From NCBI RefSeq assembly GCF_018350175.1, contig NC_058382.1, positions 1,302,001 to 1,366,000 on the forward strand: a stretch of 64,000 nt of DNA. Direction: 5' to 3'. Positions 27,570-48,414 of this stretch are shown here, piece by piece. Origin of the DNA: Felis catus (Eukaryota). Numbering within the stretch: position 1 is the stretch's first letter; each line of letters starts with the position of its first letter. The notes below the pieces were generated by a model that saw only the letters and a program-made list of their open reading frames with translations, had not been told where the DNA came from and did not search any database. A program made the position numbers and the translations under genes.

Positions 27570-27797
27570 GGGGCGCCTGGGTGGCTCAGTCAGTTAAGCA
27601 TCCGACTTCAGCTCAGGTCATGATCTCGCGGTCCGTGAGTTCGAGCCCCGCATCAGGCTCTGGGCTGATGGCTCAGAGCCTGGAGCCTGTTTCCGATTCT
27701 GTGTCTCCCTCTCTCTCTGCCCCTCCCCCGTTCATGCTCTGTCTCTCTGTGTCCCAAAAATAAATAAACGTTGAAAAAAAAATTAAAAAAAAAAAAA
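27570..27797 (+). mobile_element. Young felid SINE in L1
   Basis: 19-bp TSD aaaaagtggtggtaaagag. Confidence 0.93.
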
Positions 27798-28257
27798 GTG
27801 GTGGTAAAGAGAAAAATTTTAAAGCAGCAAGAGAAAAGAGTTACGTATAAGAGAAACCCATACAGCCATCAGCTGATTTTTTAGCAGAAATTTAGGCCAG
27901 AAGGGAGTGGCGTGATACATTCAAAAGTGCTGAAAGAAAAAACCTGCATCAAGAGTAGTCTACCCAACAAGGCTATCATTCAGAATGGAAGGAGAGAGAA
28001 GATTTTCCCAGACAAAAGTTACAGGCACTCATCACCACTAAACCAGCCTTAACAAGAAATATTAAAGGGAATTCTTAGAGTGGAAAGGAAAAAAGCAAGA
28101 GTAAAAATAGGAAGCACAAAAGTAGTAAAATGAAGTATATCTATAAAAACCAGTCAAGGGATTCACAAAACAAAAGGATGTAAAGTATGACACCATATAC
28201 CTAAATTGTTAGTGGGGAGAGGAGTAAAAACTAGTGCTTTTAAATGGGTCCAAACTA

Positions 28258-28495
28258 GGGGCGCCTGGGTGGCGCAGTCGGTTAAGTGTCCGACTTCAGC
28301 CAGGTCACGATCTCGCGGTCTGGGAGTTCGAGCCCCGCGTCAGGCTCTGGGCTGATGGCTCAGAGCCTGGAGCCTGTTTCCGATTCTGTCTCCCTCTCTC
28401 TCTGCCCCTCCCCCGTTCATGCTTTGTCTCTCTCTGTCCCAAAAATAAATAAACGTTGAAAAAAAAATTTTTTTAAATAAATAAATAAATAAATA
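28258..28495 (+). mobile_element. Young felid SINE in L1
   Basis: TSD taaatgggtccaaact. Confidence 0.93.
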
Positions 28496-30043
28496 AATGG
28501 GTCCAAACTTAAGTGACCATCAATTTAATTTAGACTGCTATATGCATAAGATATTATATACAAGCCTAATGTAACCACAAATCAAAAACTGGTAGTAGAT
28601 ACGCAAAAAATAAAGAGAAGGGGACCTAATTATATCACTAGAGAAAGCCAGCAAACCATGAGAGGAGAACAAGAGAAGAAGGGAACAGAAAAAAAAAAAA
28701 AAAAAAAAAAAACATAAAACAAGTGTCAAAATAGGAGTAAGTACATACCTATCGATAATTAATTTGAATGTAAATGGACTAAATGTTCCAATCAAAAGTA
28801 GGGTGACAGAACAGATACAAAAAGCAAGACCCATCTATATGCTGCCTACAAGAGACTCATGTCAGACCTAAAGACACCTGCAGATTGAAAGTGAAGGGGT
28901 GGGGGGGGGCGCCTGGGTGGCTTGATCACTTGAGCGTCCAGTTTCGGCTCAGGTCATGATCTCACGGTTTGTGAGTTCGAGCCCCACATCGGGCTCTGTG
29001 CTGACAGCTTGGAGCTTGGAGCCTACTTCAGATTCTGTGTCTCATTCTCTCTCTGCCACTCCCCTTGTGCTTTGTCTCTCCCTGTCTCTCAAAAATAAAG
29101 AAATGTAAAAAAAAAAAAAAAAAAATGTTTAAAAAAAAAAGCGAAGGGGTGAAAAGGCATTTGACATGCAAATGGAAGCAAAAAGAAAGCTGGGTTAACA
29201 ATACTGGTATCAGACAAAATAGACTTTAGAATTATTGATGCAATATTATTAATCATAACAATATACATTCTCTTATAGACTGTTTTCCCAACTTAGGAAA
29301 AAAGATATTTCTTCTTGAAATTAGTGTCTTACTATACTCTGCACCCCACCCTTTCTCACATTCTCCATTCATGTATTTATCCTCCTCTTTGCTCACCAGA
29401 CTCTCAAAGGAATTCCTTTGCACTGTGTCTCCTTGGCTTTTGTGTCCTCAAAACACAATATGATATCTAGCCTTGTCTATTTCACATCTGACTGCAGAGG
29501 CAGCTGGAGCCATCTGAACGGATTGCTTCACTGCCACGTTGTGGTACCTCCCCTCTATTCATCCTTCAGGCTGCCCGGCCAGCCAGTAAGCGCCCATATC
29601 CAACCACAACTAAGTTCCTGAATCTGTTCCAAATGTACCCCTATATCCTCAATCCCAATGTCTCTGCTTGAATGTCTCAGATGTACCTTGAGCTCATATC
29701 CCAACATCCCCAAATTCAGTTAATAGTCTTAACATACAAACAAGTTTGAAATCCAGATTCGGCCTCTGGCCATAATACTCCACACACAGTGCTGACACGT
29801 TATGACTGCCTCAAGTAAGTCTGCTCTGATGTCTGGGTGTCTCTCTTCTGTGATGAGTCCTAATATTATCAGTGTTTTCTATCCAATACCAATTCTCTGT
29901 GCATCTTCTACCAGGTCAGCATTCAACGATAACCATTGGGTAGTTGATTGCACACAGTTGAGACATTTGTACCCTACTTCTGTTGCTATTTCTGCATTCA
30001 TTAGCTAGAAATTCTAAAGAAGAATAAGGAATTTGCCACAATA

Positions 30044-30288
30044 TTCAGTTACCTCAAAATACAGTTTGTGCAGTAAAGGGAAGAAATAGCTTGATACCTT
30101 TGCTGTATTTAGTTATTTTCAGAATAACTATTTGGATCACTAACATCATCCTCAAACAATAACCAAATGTTTATCTCAGAGATAAGACGCCCCCTCTGCT
30201 CACGTGCTCAGGCTCAGGCTGTAATCGTAGTGGCCGCTATCACAGCGGGAAGAAACATTTGGCAAGGGGCTCTTTTCTTCAGGTAAGT
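30044..30288 (+). promoter_or_regulatory. Degenerate third copy of the V1R promoter module (copy C)
   Basis: Two blocks similar to copies A and B in the same order, then a CAG|GTAAGT donor at 30283. Confidence 0.4.
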
Positions 30289-30312
30289 CTAAGATTTTAA
30301 ATAAGTTGTATC

Positions 30313-30672
30313 TGTCTTAGCCTGTTAGGGATGCTATAAGGAAACCACAGACTGAGTGGCTTATAAACAACAGAAATTTATTTCACAGGTCTGGAGGCTG
30401 GAAGGCCAAGATCAAGGTGCTGGCAGATTTGGTGTCTAGCGAGAGCTCACTTCCCAGTTCACAGACAGCCTTCTTGTTGCTGTGACCTCACATGGTGGAA
30501 GGGCAAGGGAAATTTCTGGGGTCTCTTTTATAAAGGTACTAATTCCATTCATTAGGACAGAGCCCTCATGACGTAATCATTTCCCAAGGGTCCCATCTCC
30601 TAATACCATCACCTTAAGCATTAGGTTTTCAACTTAGGAGTTGAAGGGGACACAAACACTCAGACCATAGCA
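30313..30672. mobile_element. MLT1-type MaLR solo LTR
   Basis: cagactgagtggcttataaacaacagaaatttattt...tctggaggctggaag...aagatcaaggtg...gggacacaaacactcagaccatagca. Confidence 0.85.
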
Positions 30673-31599
30673 GTATCTGTGTCGGGAAATTCAGTTAGAA
30701 ACTTACGAGAGGAAAAACACGTAGGATCGCTGGGGTTAGAATACCGAGACACACCCACGCAGGGAAGAATTTCGGCAAAAGGCCACATCGTATGCTTCCT
30801 TGTAACATTCCTTATCCGTTTCCCTTGTGATGACCCTAGCTGAACTCTCTTCTTCCTTGTCCCTTGACAAGGCTTAGGGTTTGCCAAACCCTAAAAAATT
30901 GACTATGAAGCTTTCTTTGATCAATATATAATTGGAGAGTGAGAATATTTGTTGGTTGCCCAAGTATTGAAAGCATGCGCTTCATGACTGACATTGCAGT
31001 GTGTGCATTTGAGTGTTGCTTTGGGTTTCTGTTCTGCTGAATGGAATCTATAATATCTTGTCTTACTTTTAGGGAATACATTTTTTAAAAATAGAAGGGG
31101 TATAATAAATATATAAATACTTGGATAATAAGCTTAAAATTCGACTTTATGTCAAACCTCTCATGTTAGGTAAATTCAATCTCCTATATATGTTCCACAT
31201 AAAATTTGAAGGAATCCATAGATTTATTTTAGAATGTATAGAAAACAAATTTTTCACTATTCCTCCGTTTCAGGGACACACGTTTTCCTCTCCAATGTCC
31301 CAGTAATGGCCCTGTGTGAAGTCTTTTCTCTCTAGACCTTGAGTCAACATACTGAGACTCACAAAGTTGACGCTAAAGTTTCAGTCCGAGTGTATCTGAA
31401 GAGCAACAACATGATGTTTATTACTTGGAAGTTATGAGGAAGGTACTTTATACCTAAGTAGCATTATAACATTATGATATCTTTCTTGTATTACTCTCCC
31501 ATACGGTGAATGGAGGGTATGTCCCCCTTGTGGAGTCTTTAAGCAACACTACAAAGCTATGTAAATTATACTCTCAAGAGTATCTGAAATTAAAGGATC

Positions 31600-31960
31600 T
31601 ATAACATTCAAAGCTTCTAGAAGAAGGAGGCACCACGCCTCAAACAGGGGTCCAGATGGGAGGCCACATGGAGCAAAAGAACTGGCTCAAACAGGTGAGG
31701 AGCCGAGAGAGAGTGGGGGGGACCCCTGGGCAAGTCTCATTATTGCGAATCAGTGGGGAGTCCGCAGACAAATAACAAAAGGGAATTTATTAATCCGCTG
31801 GAATGTTGCTACATCACAGGGGAGGAAAGAAAAGGGGCTTGGATAGGGGCTAGCCTTATCATCACACTGGTGTACCTGCTCACGTGGGTGGGGTGCTGAC
31901 AGCCTGTTTGTAGGATGCTGAGGCAGCAGGAAAATGTGATTTTAAAAATTTACAACACAG
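31600..31960. mobile_element. ERV LTR-like element, same family as 4921-5222
   Basis: ggacccctgggcaagtctcattattgcgaatcagtggggagt resembles ggacctctaggcaagcgcctttattgagggtcagggtggagt; both end in ttttaaaa..t.aacacag. Confidence 0.5.
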
Positions 31961-32000
31961 TGTGGCCACATGCCCCTTTAGGAGCTTCTAAAATTAAAAT

Positions 32001-33622
32001 ATGCAGGCATTCTTCACAGAGCTAGAACAAACAATCCTAAAATTTGTATGGAACCAGAAAAGACCCCGAATAGCCAAAGCAATCTTGAAAAAAAAAAAAA
32101 AAAAAAAAAAAACCAAAGAGGCATCACAATCCCAGACTTCAAGCTATATTACAAAGCTGTCATCATCAAGACAGTATGGTACTGGCACAAAAACAGATCA
32201 GTGGAACAGAATAGATAACCCAGAAATGGACCCACAGACATATGGCCAACTCATCTTTGACAAAGCAGGAAAGAATATCCAATGGAATAAAGACAGCCTC
32301 TTCAGCAAGTGGTGCTGGGAAAACTGGACAGCAACATGCAGAAAAATGAATCTGGACCACTTTCTTACACCATACACAAAAATAAACTCAAAATGGATGA
32401 AAGACCTAAATGTAAGACAGGAAGCCATCAAAATCCTCAAGGAGAAAGCAGGCAAAAACCTCTTTGATCTTGGCCACAGCAACTTCTTACCCAACATGTC
32501 TCCAGAGGCAAGGGAAACAAAAGCAAAAATGAACTATTGGGACCTCAAAATAAAAAGCTTCTGCACAGCAAAGGGAACAATCAGCAGAACTAAAAGGCAA
32601 CCGACGGAATGGGAGGAGATATTTGCAAATGCCATCAGATAAAGGGGTAGTAACCAAAATCTATAATAAAGAACTTATGAAACTCAACACCCAAGAAAAC
32701 AANNNNNNNNNNNNNNNNNNNNNNNNNNNNNNNNNNNNNNNNNNNNNNNNNNNNNNNNNNNNNNNNNNNNNNNNNNNNNNNNNNNNNNNNNNNNNNNNNN
32801 NNNNNNNNNNNNNNNNNNNNNNNNNNNNNNNNNNNNNNNNNNNNCACACTTGTCAGAATGGCTAACATTAACAACTCAGGCAACAACAGATGTTGGCAAG
32901 GATGCAAAGAAAGAGGATCTCTTGCAAGAGAATGCAAGGGAATGCAAACTGGTGCAGACACTGGAAAACAGTATGGAGGTTCCTCAAAAAATTAAAAATA
33001 GAACTACCCTATGACCCAGCAATTGCACTACTAGGTATTTACCCAAGGGATACAGGTATGCTGTTTCGAAGGGACACATGCACCCCCATGTTTATAGCAA
33101 CACTATCAACACTAGCCAAAGTATGGAAAGAGCCCTGTCCATCAATGGANNNNNNNNNNNNNNNNNNNNNNNNNNNNNNNNNNNNNNNNNNNNNNNNNNN
33201 NNNNNNNNNNNNNNNNNNNNNNNNNNNNNNNNNNNNNNNNNNNNNNNNNNNNNNNNNNNNNNNNNNNNNNNNNNNNNNNNNNNNNNNNNNNNNNNNNNNN
33301 NACTAGAGGGTATTATGCTAAGTGAAATTAGTCAGAGAAAGACAAATATATGACTTCACTTATATGAGGGCTTTAAGGTACAAAACAGATGAACATAAGG
33401 GAAGGGAAGCAAAAATAATATAAAAACAGGGAGGGGGACAAAACATAAGAGACTCTTAAATATGGAGAACAAACTGAGGGCTACTGGAGGGGTTGTGGGA
33501 GGGGGGATGGGCTAAATGGGTAAGGGGCATTAAGGAATCTACTCCTGAAATCATTGTTGCACTATATGCTAAACAACGTGGATGTAAATTTTAAAAATAA
33601 ATTTAAAAAATTAAAAAAAAAA
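32001..33622 (+). mobile_element. 5'-truncated young felid/carnivore L1 (ORF2 C-terminus, 3'UTR, poly-A)
   Basis: [53 protein letters not shown]; A-rich tail at ~33595-33622. Confidence 0.93.
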
Positions 33623-34089
33623 GATGCTGTAAACACAATTTGGGAAATTGTGTAAATTTGGGTGCATCCCTTTTAGGAGTATCCGATGCCGCCCCTTTCT
33701 TCATCGGAGCCTCCGGGAACCCTTCCTCGCAAGCTCTTTCCGGGTGCCCATATCCTGCCAGGCGTCTGGGCCCTAGAAAGAGAGGAGCATTGCTAGAAGT
33801 GGCTGGAGGCAGGACAAGAACTACATTACCCAGAAGGCTGTGCCACAGGAAGGGGGTGTTACTGGCTCGCAATGGCAGGGGCGGGGCTTCCGGTGTCGCG
33901 GGTGGGCGTAGGTTTGTGATGTGGCGGGTCGGTGCCCGCGGATGGTGAGCTCCCCGCATCTCGTCTGGACGATAGGGGGGACGCCGGCGAGGGGCCCCTC
34001 CTTCGCCTCTGTGGGACCCAGGGAGGGATCGGCTGAGCCCGCGGGGACCCTCGGCGCCTACGCGCGGCCCTGCGGTCCCCAACGGCCCG

Positions 34090-42707
<8,618 letters not shown>

Positions 42708-43186
42708 GGGGGCCCCTCGCGCCCTCCCCCTGTGCCTCTGCCCGCCCTCCAAGAGGGGTCCCCAGCGGGAAGCACCGCTCACCGTGCAGAACGGCGGAGA
42801 GATTTGCTTGGCCCTCAGCCGCGTGAGCGGCCCCACCGGGCATGGGCCGCGTGCGGGCGGCCCCCCACCATCGGACTGGAGCGGCAAACTGTGGGGGGCA
42901 GGGCACTCGGGCCGCCTCTGTCGGGGACGCACCGCGGAAGGATGTTCCTGGCACAACCTAGGGGCCTCTAGCCAGAAGGGGCACCTTCCCTGCCATTGGA
43001 GAATTCAGAACGAACGGGAGACGTCAATGTCGTTGCTGTGAGAAAACCCATGACACGTGGGCGGACACTGCAGGGGCCCTCTGGTGCCCGTGAAATGGCT
43101 GAGGGACAGGACAGGGGGTACTGTGCACTTACACGGACGTCGGCCACAAGTCTGCCACTTAGCCACCTCGGCATTGCTTTTAAAAG

Positions 43187-43192
43187 AATAAA
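43187..43192 (+). terminator. Candidate polyadenylation signal of ZNF550
   Basis: First AATAAA noticed after the stop codon. Confidence 0.4.
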
Positions 43193-45670
43193 AAGGGGTG
43201 GAAACATAGACTTCAAATGGAAGGAACGGATGTCTTTACAAACTCATGTTTCCGTGCGGAACCTACTACAGTTTTTCATCAGTTTTAATGTTTCGGTGGG
43301 GGGTATATTTGAGAGGAAGGGTCTTAACCCCCCCCCCTTTTTTTTTAAGTTTATTTCTATTTATTTTTAGAGAGAGAGTGAGGGAGGGATGGAGAGAGAG
43401 AATCCCATGCAGGCTCCAGGCTCCAAGCTGTTAGCCCAGAGCCCTACTCAGGGCTTGAACTCAAGAACCATGAGATCATGACCTAAGCTGAAATCAATAG
43501 CTGGAGGCTTAACCCACCGACCTGCCCCCACCCTTTGTTTTTCTGTGTGTTCACTGCCACCCTGTGTCAGGAAAGTTGGGACAGTGAGGGCAACTCTACA
43601 GAAGTTTGGTGGAAGCCTGTGTTACAGTCATCCTCACCCATGAGGAACGTAGTCCTTTGTGAGAAATGTGAAGGCTGAGTCACAAGACACTTGGACTTCA
43701 AGTTAGAACTCTGAAAATAACACCGTGCGCCACTTACACCCACACTGTCTGAGAGAAGGAAGCCATGCACGGTGTCACATTGAAACATGCCCCCTCAAGA
43801 CCATTTATGGCTTTGATACTTCGAAGTAAAGCTTCTGTTCGTGTGGTTTTTAAATTCTGGACATTCTCTCTCCCTCACTTTTTCTTGACTCCATTCTGCT
43901 CCTTTGTTTTCTTTCTTTTCCCCTGACAGTATGGTGTGGCCTTCTGGCGGGGCGGTGGGGGGAGGGGGTCCTCATTCCCTCCTCCGCCTGGTGGCTCGAG
44001 GGACTGGGCCCTCCCTCCCACATCCCCTCCAGTTGTCCTGGGCTTGAAGTATAGCTAGAACCAGTGACCTAAAACACAATGCTGGGGCAGATTCACGATG
44101 AGCCCAGGAAACAAACACCCGAGTATCCTCACTGTCTGATCTTACAACGGGTTGTGTAAAGTTGTGCTACAAAATAAAGGGCCAGGGACTTTAAAAGGAC
44201 AGTCTGGTTGTGTACATATGGCTGTCGGGTTTGTGTGGGCTTCGTGGTTGCCACCTTGGACTTCCTTGGTGCTGGCAACGGATTTGGTCATTTGCAATTC
44301 TTCCTGTGGACTTTCCTTCGAAAGTTTTCAAGACACACACGATAATGTTAACAGGCTAAAAAATGTACAGGAGAATATTAAATGATCATTTCCTCACTCG
44401 GAGCTTCCTCCGCACCTTTATAAGGCTACACACAGGTCACATTTTCACGGTGAGCACACACGTATCTGTCGTGCATAGTACAACTGCACTTTGTGATGAC
44501 TTCATAGGACGTCTAGTTTTTGTTTGTTTTCAGGATAGCGTGCACAGTTTTCTGTTCTTTGGAAAGGAGAGCTGACTCTTGAACACCCCACCCTCCTCTG
44601 CCCTCTCTCTGGAGGGTGGTATGTACTGTAGCTGTGACTGTACTTGTGGCTGAGCATTGGGTTTGAGAGAGTTGGAGAAAGTCCTCTAGAAACATCTTGG
44701 TTTTCATCAAAGTGGTCTTTGCGTGCCTGGGATGCCGACCCCACTTTGTCCCAAAGCAGGAGCGATGTATTTTCCCGTCTCTGTGTCTGTCTCTCTGTCT
44801 CTGTCTGTCTCTCTCTGCCATGACAGGGCAGCAGAAAGGAAGACGTTAAGCTGTCCCAATACAGGGAGACAAGGGTGGCAATATGCCTATGGTTCTGAGC
44901 AAACTCCTGTCCTATATATACAAAAATATTTTTTTGTGTTCAAAACCAGAAAGCAGAAATTACAGAGAACATTTATGACTGGATTTACTCAGGTATTTTT
45001 CTTTGAGTAATTTAAACTTCTCTGACATAAATAAAACTACTTACCCAGGGGGCATCTGCTGTCAGGACAGTGGGTGTGGGGGCAGCCTATGCAGGTGCAG
45101 AAGGCAGGCATCTGAACTCGAGACAAGGTTTGGGTTCCCATGATCTCTTCGTGTTCAGAAGTGATTACCATTTCACTTGTAATTGCACCGACAGTGTCTG
45201 CAAGGGGAGTGCAGATTGTCAGAAAACCATTTGTTAAATGTGGAAATTACCGAATGCTATTACTAAGGATTATGTCACTATGAGAAGTTAATGGTGGAGA
45301 TACCTCAGGGAAAACACATCTATGACAAAGGTCATTGGGAACTCTGAAGCCTGGGTAGTGAATGAAGCTGAGCACATGGCCATGATGGAGCCTTGGCAAC
45401 CCTCAGGTTTTTGTCTCAAAAATGTGATTCCTTTTAATTCTGAAACCAACAAGGAATACCCATGCCAAGAAATTGGTATAGAGGCTATTTAGAAAGAGTT
45501 GTCAGAACAGTGAAGGGAGGGAGGGAGGGAAGAAATAAAATTAAAAAAAGAAAAACGTTGGGGCAATCCTGTTTATTTGCAAACCTAACAAATGTTCAGT
45601 GAACAACTAGTGGGTTTCAGGCACTATCATAGGTACATAGGAGACATCAGGAAACGAGACAAAGACCTAC

Positions 45671-46164
45671 GGGGCACCTGGGTGGCTCAGTTGGTTAAGC
45701 ATCCAACTTTGGCTCAGGTCATGATCTCTTGGTTCGTGGATTCAAGCCCCACATTGGGCTCCGTGGTGACAGCTCAGAGCCTGGAGCCTGCTTCAGATTC
45801 TGTCTCCCTCTCTCTCCCTGCCCCTCCCCTGCTCACACTGTCTCGCTTTGTCTCCCCAAAATGAATAAACATTAACAAGAGAGACAGAGACCTATGCCCT
45901 CGTAGACCTTATTCTTTAATCAAGGAAGGCAGAAAACATAAATTTATAAATTATATAGTATGTCAAAGTTTTTATTTCATTTTAGAGAGGGAGAGCACCA
46001 GCAGGGGAGAGGGGCAGAGGGAAAAAGAGGGAAAGGGAGAGTCTTAAGCCGGCTCTACGCTCGACGCAGAGCCCAACTTAGGCTTGATCCCACGACCCTG
46101 GGATCATGACCTGAGCCCAAATCAAGAGTCAGACACTCAACCAATGGAGCCATCCAGGTGCCCC
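45671..46164. mobile_element. Inverted CAN-SINE pair (45671-45875 +, 45968-46164 -)
   Basis: SINE consensus motifs on opposite strands. Confidence 0.85.
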
Positions 46165-46949
46165 TAAATTACATAAAATGTTATAATGTCAGGCACAACG
46201 GAAAGAAGGAAAGATGAGGGTACTGGAAAGACGGGGGGAAGGGATGTAACGTTACAAGTGCGATAATAGTCTTCCTAAATAAGAGCAATTAAGCAAACAA
46301 AGGTGAGATGCTGAGCCTTGTGGGTATTTTTGAGAATAATTTCCAGGCACAAGGAATAGCCTTTGCAAAGCAAGGAGTCTCACAGGGTGGAAGCAGGAAA
46401 GGGAGGAAGAGGGGGCAGGGAGGTCAGGGCAGCAGGTGGCCCAGGCCGCATGAGACAGGGCAATGGTGAGGATTTTCCATCTTATATGAGGTGTATCCCA
46501 TGACATAACTGAACAGGAGGGAGACAGGACCCCAGTAAATTGTTCCCAAGCCAGTTGCTGGGTTGAGAACTAACTGGAGGCCAGCGCAGTAATCCAGGTG
46601 AAAGGGAGGGTAACTGTGGGGGGTGATAGTGTCCTGGTTCGTGCTACATCGTGAAAAAAGAACCAAACACATTTCCCACTGGATTGGGTGGGGCTGGTGG
46701 AGGGAGATCTGCTTTGGAGTCTCTCTGCAGAATGCCGTCCAAACACTGACACTGAAGAGTCAGTGCATCGGTGGGGAAACTCCCGTGCCCTCATGCAGTC
46801 AGAGGAAGAGAAAAATAAGCGTGATTTCTTTGCTCAGTGCTCTCCCCGCTCCTTGAGTTCATATAGGAGGCTGTGCTGGACTTGATAAGGCTGCTTCCGT
46901 CTTTCCTCAGACCACTCAGGCCCAGAAGCCATCCCTAAACAGCAACTCA

Positions 46950-48180
46950 TGAAAGCCGCAGCGGTGCCCGCGCCACCCTGAGGACCCTGAGCTTTTGGAG
47001 GTCTCCCTGGGTGAGCTGCAGTGTCGGCCTCTCGCAGATCTTTCCCTTCTCAAGTCCCAGCCTGGGGCTTCAGTCAGGTGGCTCCTGACGTCACGAATCG
47101 ACACTCCCCTCCATCTGGACGCCTCCCCCTGCATTTCTGTTTTCAGATAACGAACCCAGAGCCGTTCTCATTGGTTGGGCTGCTGGTGGCCCGGAGCAGC
47201 TGGTGATAAAACAGCTCCTGGTGCCCCTCGCCCGGTCCCCCAGTTCCCGGACTACAGCCCTTTCCTGACACTTCTCATTGCCCTTATCCTTATCTGTCTC
47301 ACGTACCTGTGCGCTTTATCACTGACCGAATCCATGACAGCCCCGAGGTGGCGCATAACAAGAGACGACGACTCATGTCTTGAACCCATGGAAACCGGTG
47401 TTTGGACCAAGCTCATCTTGGAAATAATGAGGCGGGAGGGAGGGAAGGGGCACTCAGGCTCCAGGTCTCATAACTCTTTTCTGCTCCTACGGAGGCCCTG
47501 GGGCAGGGAGTGGGCCGGCACCTCACCGGGAGGTACCTCGGGAGTGGGGGTTCGGGGTGGGAGTCCAGCCGCTGCCTCACCTGACGGCCCAAGAATCCGG
47601 AGTCAGTCAGGAAGAGCGCCTCAATCCAGCGCGGGGCTCTGCTTCCCGCTCAGTCCCCATTGGCTGAGTGCGGAGCTCCTGACTGGCTCCCGTTGGTTGG
47701 AGTTTCTGAGACCTGACGGAAGAAAGTGCCCAGTAGTAGAGGAGGAAACAGAGCCTGTGCGAGAGGCAGAGAGCGATTGGCTCAGAGGCAGGAAGGGGCG
47801 GGAATAAGAGGTAAGGTCCGCAGGAAGGGGCGGTGCCAGGTGAGATGTAGAGCATTAGGCGGAGGCCCGGGTGTTTCTGGGAGTGGAGAGGGTGGTTCGC
47901 CTCTCGACCTGGGAGGGGGGGGGGGGGGTCGTTTCTGCGCCGCAAGTGAGGTCTTCACCCCGGAGGGCTTCGGGTCCGGCCTCCTCCACCTGCGAAGCGG
48001 CCTGCGTAGCCACTTGCTGGACGTGGGTTGAGGACTTTCTCCCGCGCCCAGCGGGGTCTGGGAGGCCTAGGGCCCCAACCTAGTCGGCCTCCCATCAGCC
48101 TAGAAGGCTCGCTGCAGAGATGCCGGGGAGACCTCTCTGGGCTCGGCCGAGTCACAGATCTCCATCCCATGGACTCGCCT
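46950..48180. promoter_or_regulatory. CpG-rich promoter-like region with no linked coding exon
   Basis: TGACGTCA at 47086-47093; ATTGG boxes at ~47170, ~47660 and ~47777; GGGGCGG boxes; CGGAAG; splice donors pointing outward on both strands. Confidence 0.55.
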
Positions 48181-48414
48181 TTTCTTTTTTTTTCTTTTTT
48201 TTTAAATTTTTTTTTCAACGTTTATTTTTGGGACAGAGAGAGACAGAGCTTGAACGGGGGAGGGGCAGAGAGAGAGGGAGACACAGAATCGGAAACAGGC
48301 TCCAGGCTCCGAGCCATCAGCCCAGAGCCTGACGCGGGGCTCGAACTCCCGGACCGGGAGATCGTGACCTGGCTGAAGTCGGACGCTTAACCGACTGCGC
48401 CACCCAGGCGCCCC
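48181..48414 (-). mobile_element. Young felid SINE
   Basis: TSD tggactcgcctttt; CpG-rich. Confidence 0.93.

Larger units (their letters stand above)
27437..29228 (+). mobile_element. Carnivore L1 fragment (ORF1 3' half to start of ORF2), with three nested SINEs
   Basis: ORF1-like gaaatccagacccagga, aggccagaagggagtgg; endonuclease-like ttgaatgtaaatggactaaat, ctgcctacaagagactca, atcagacaaaatagactt. Confidence 0.85.
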
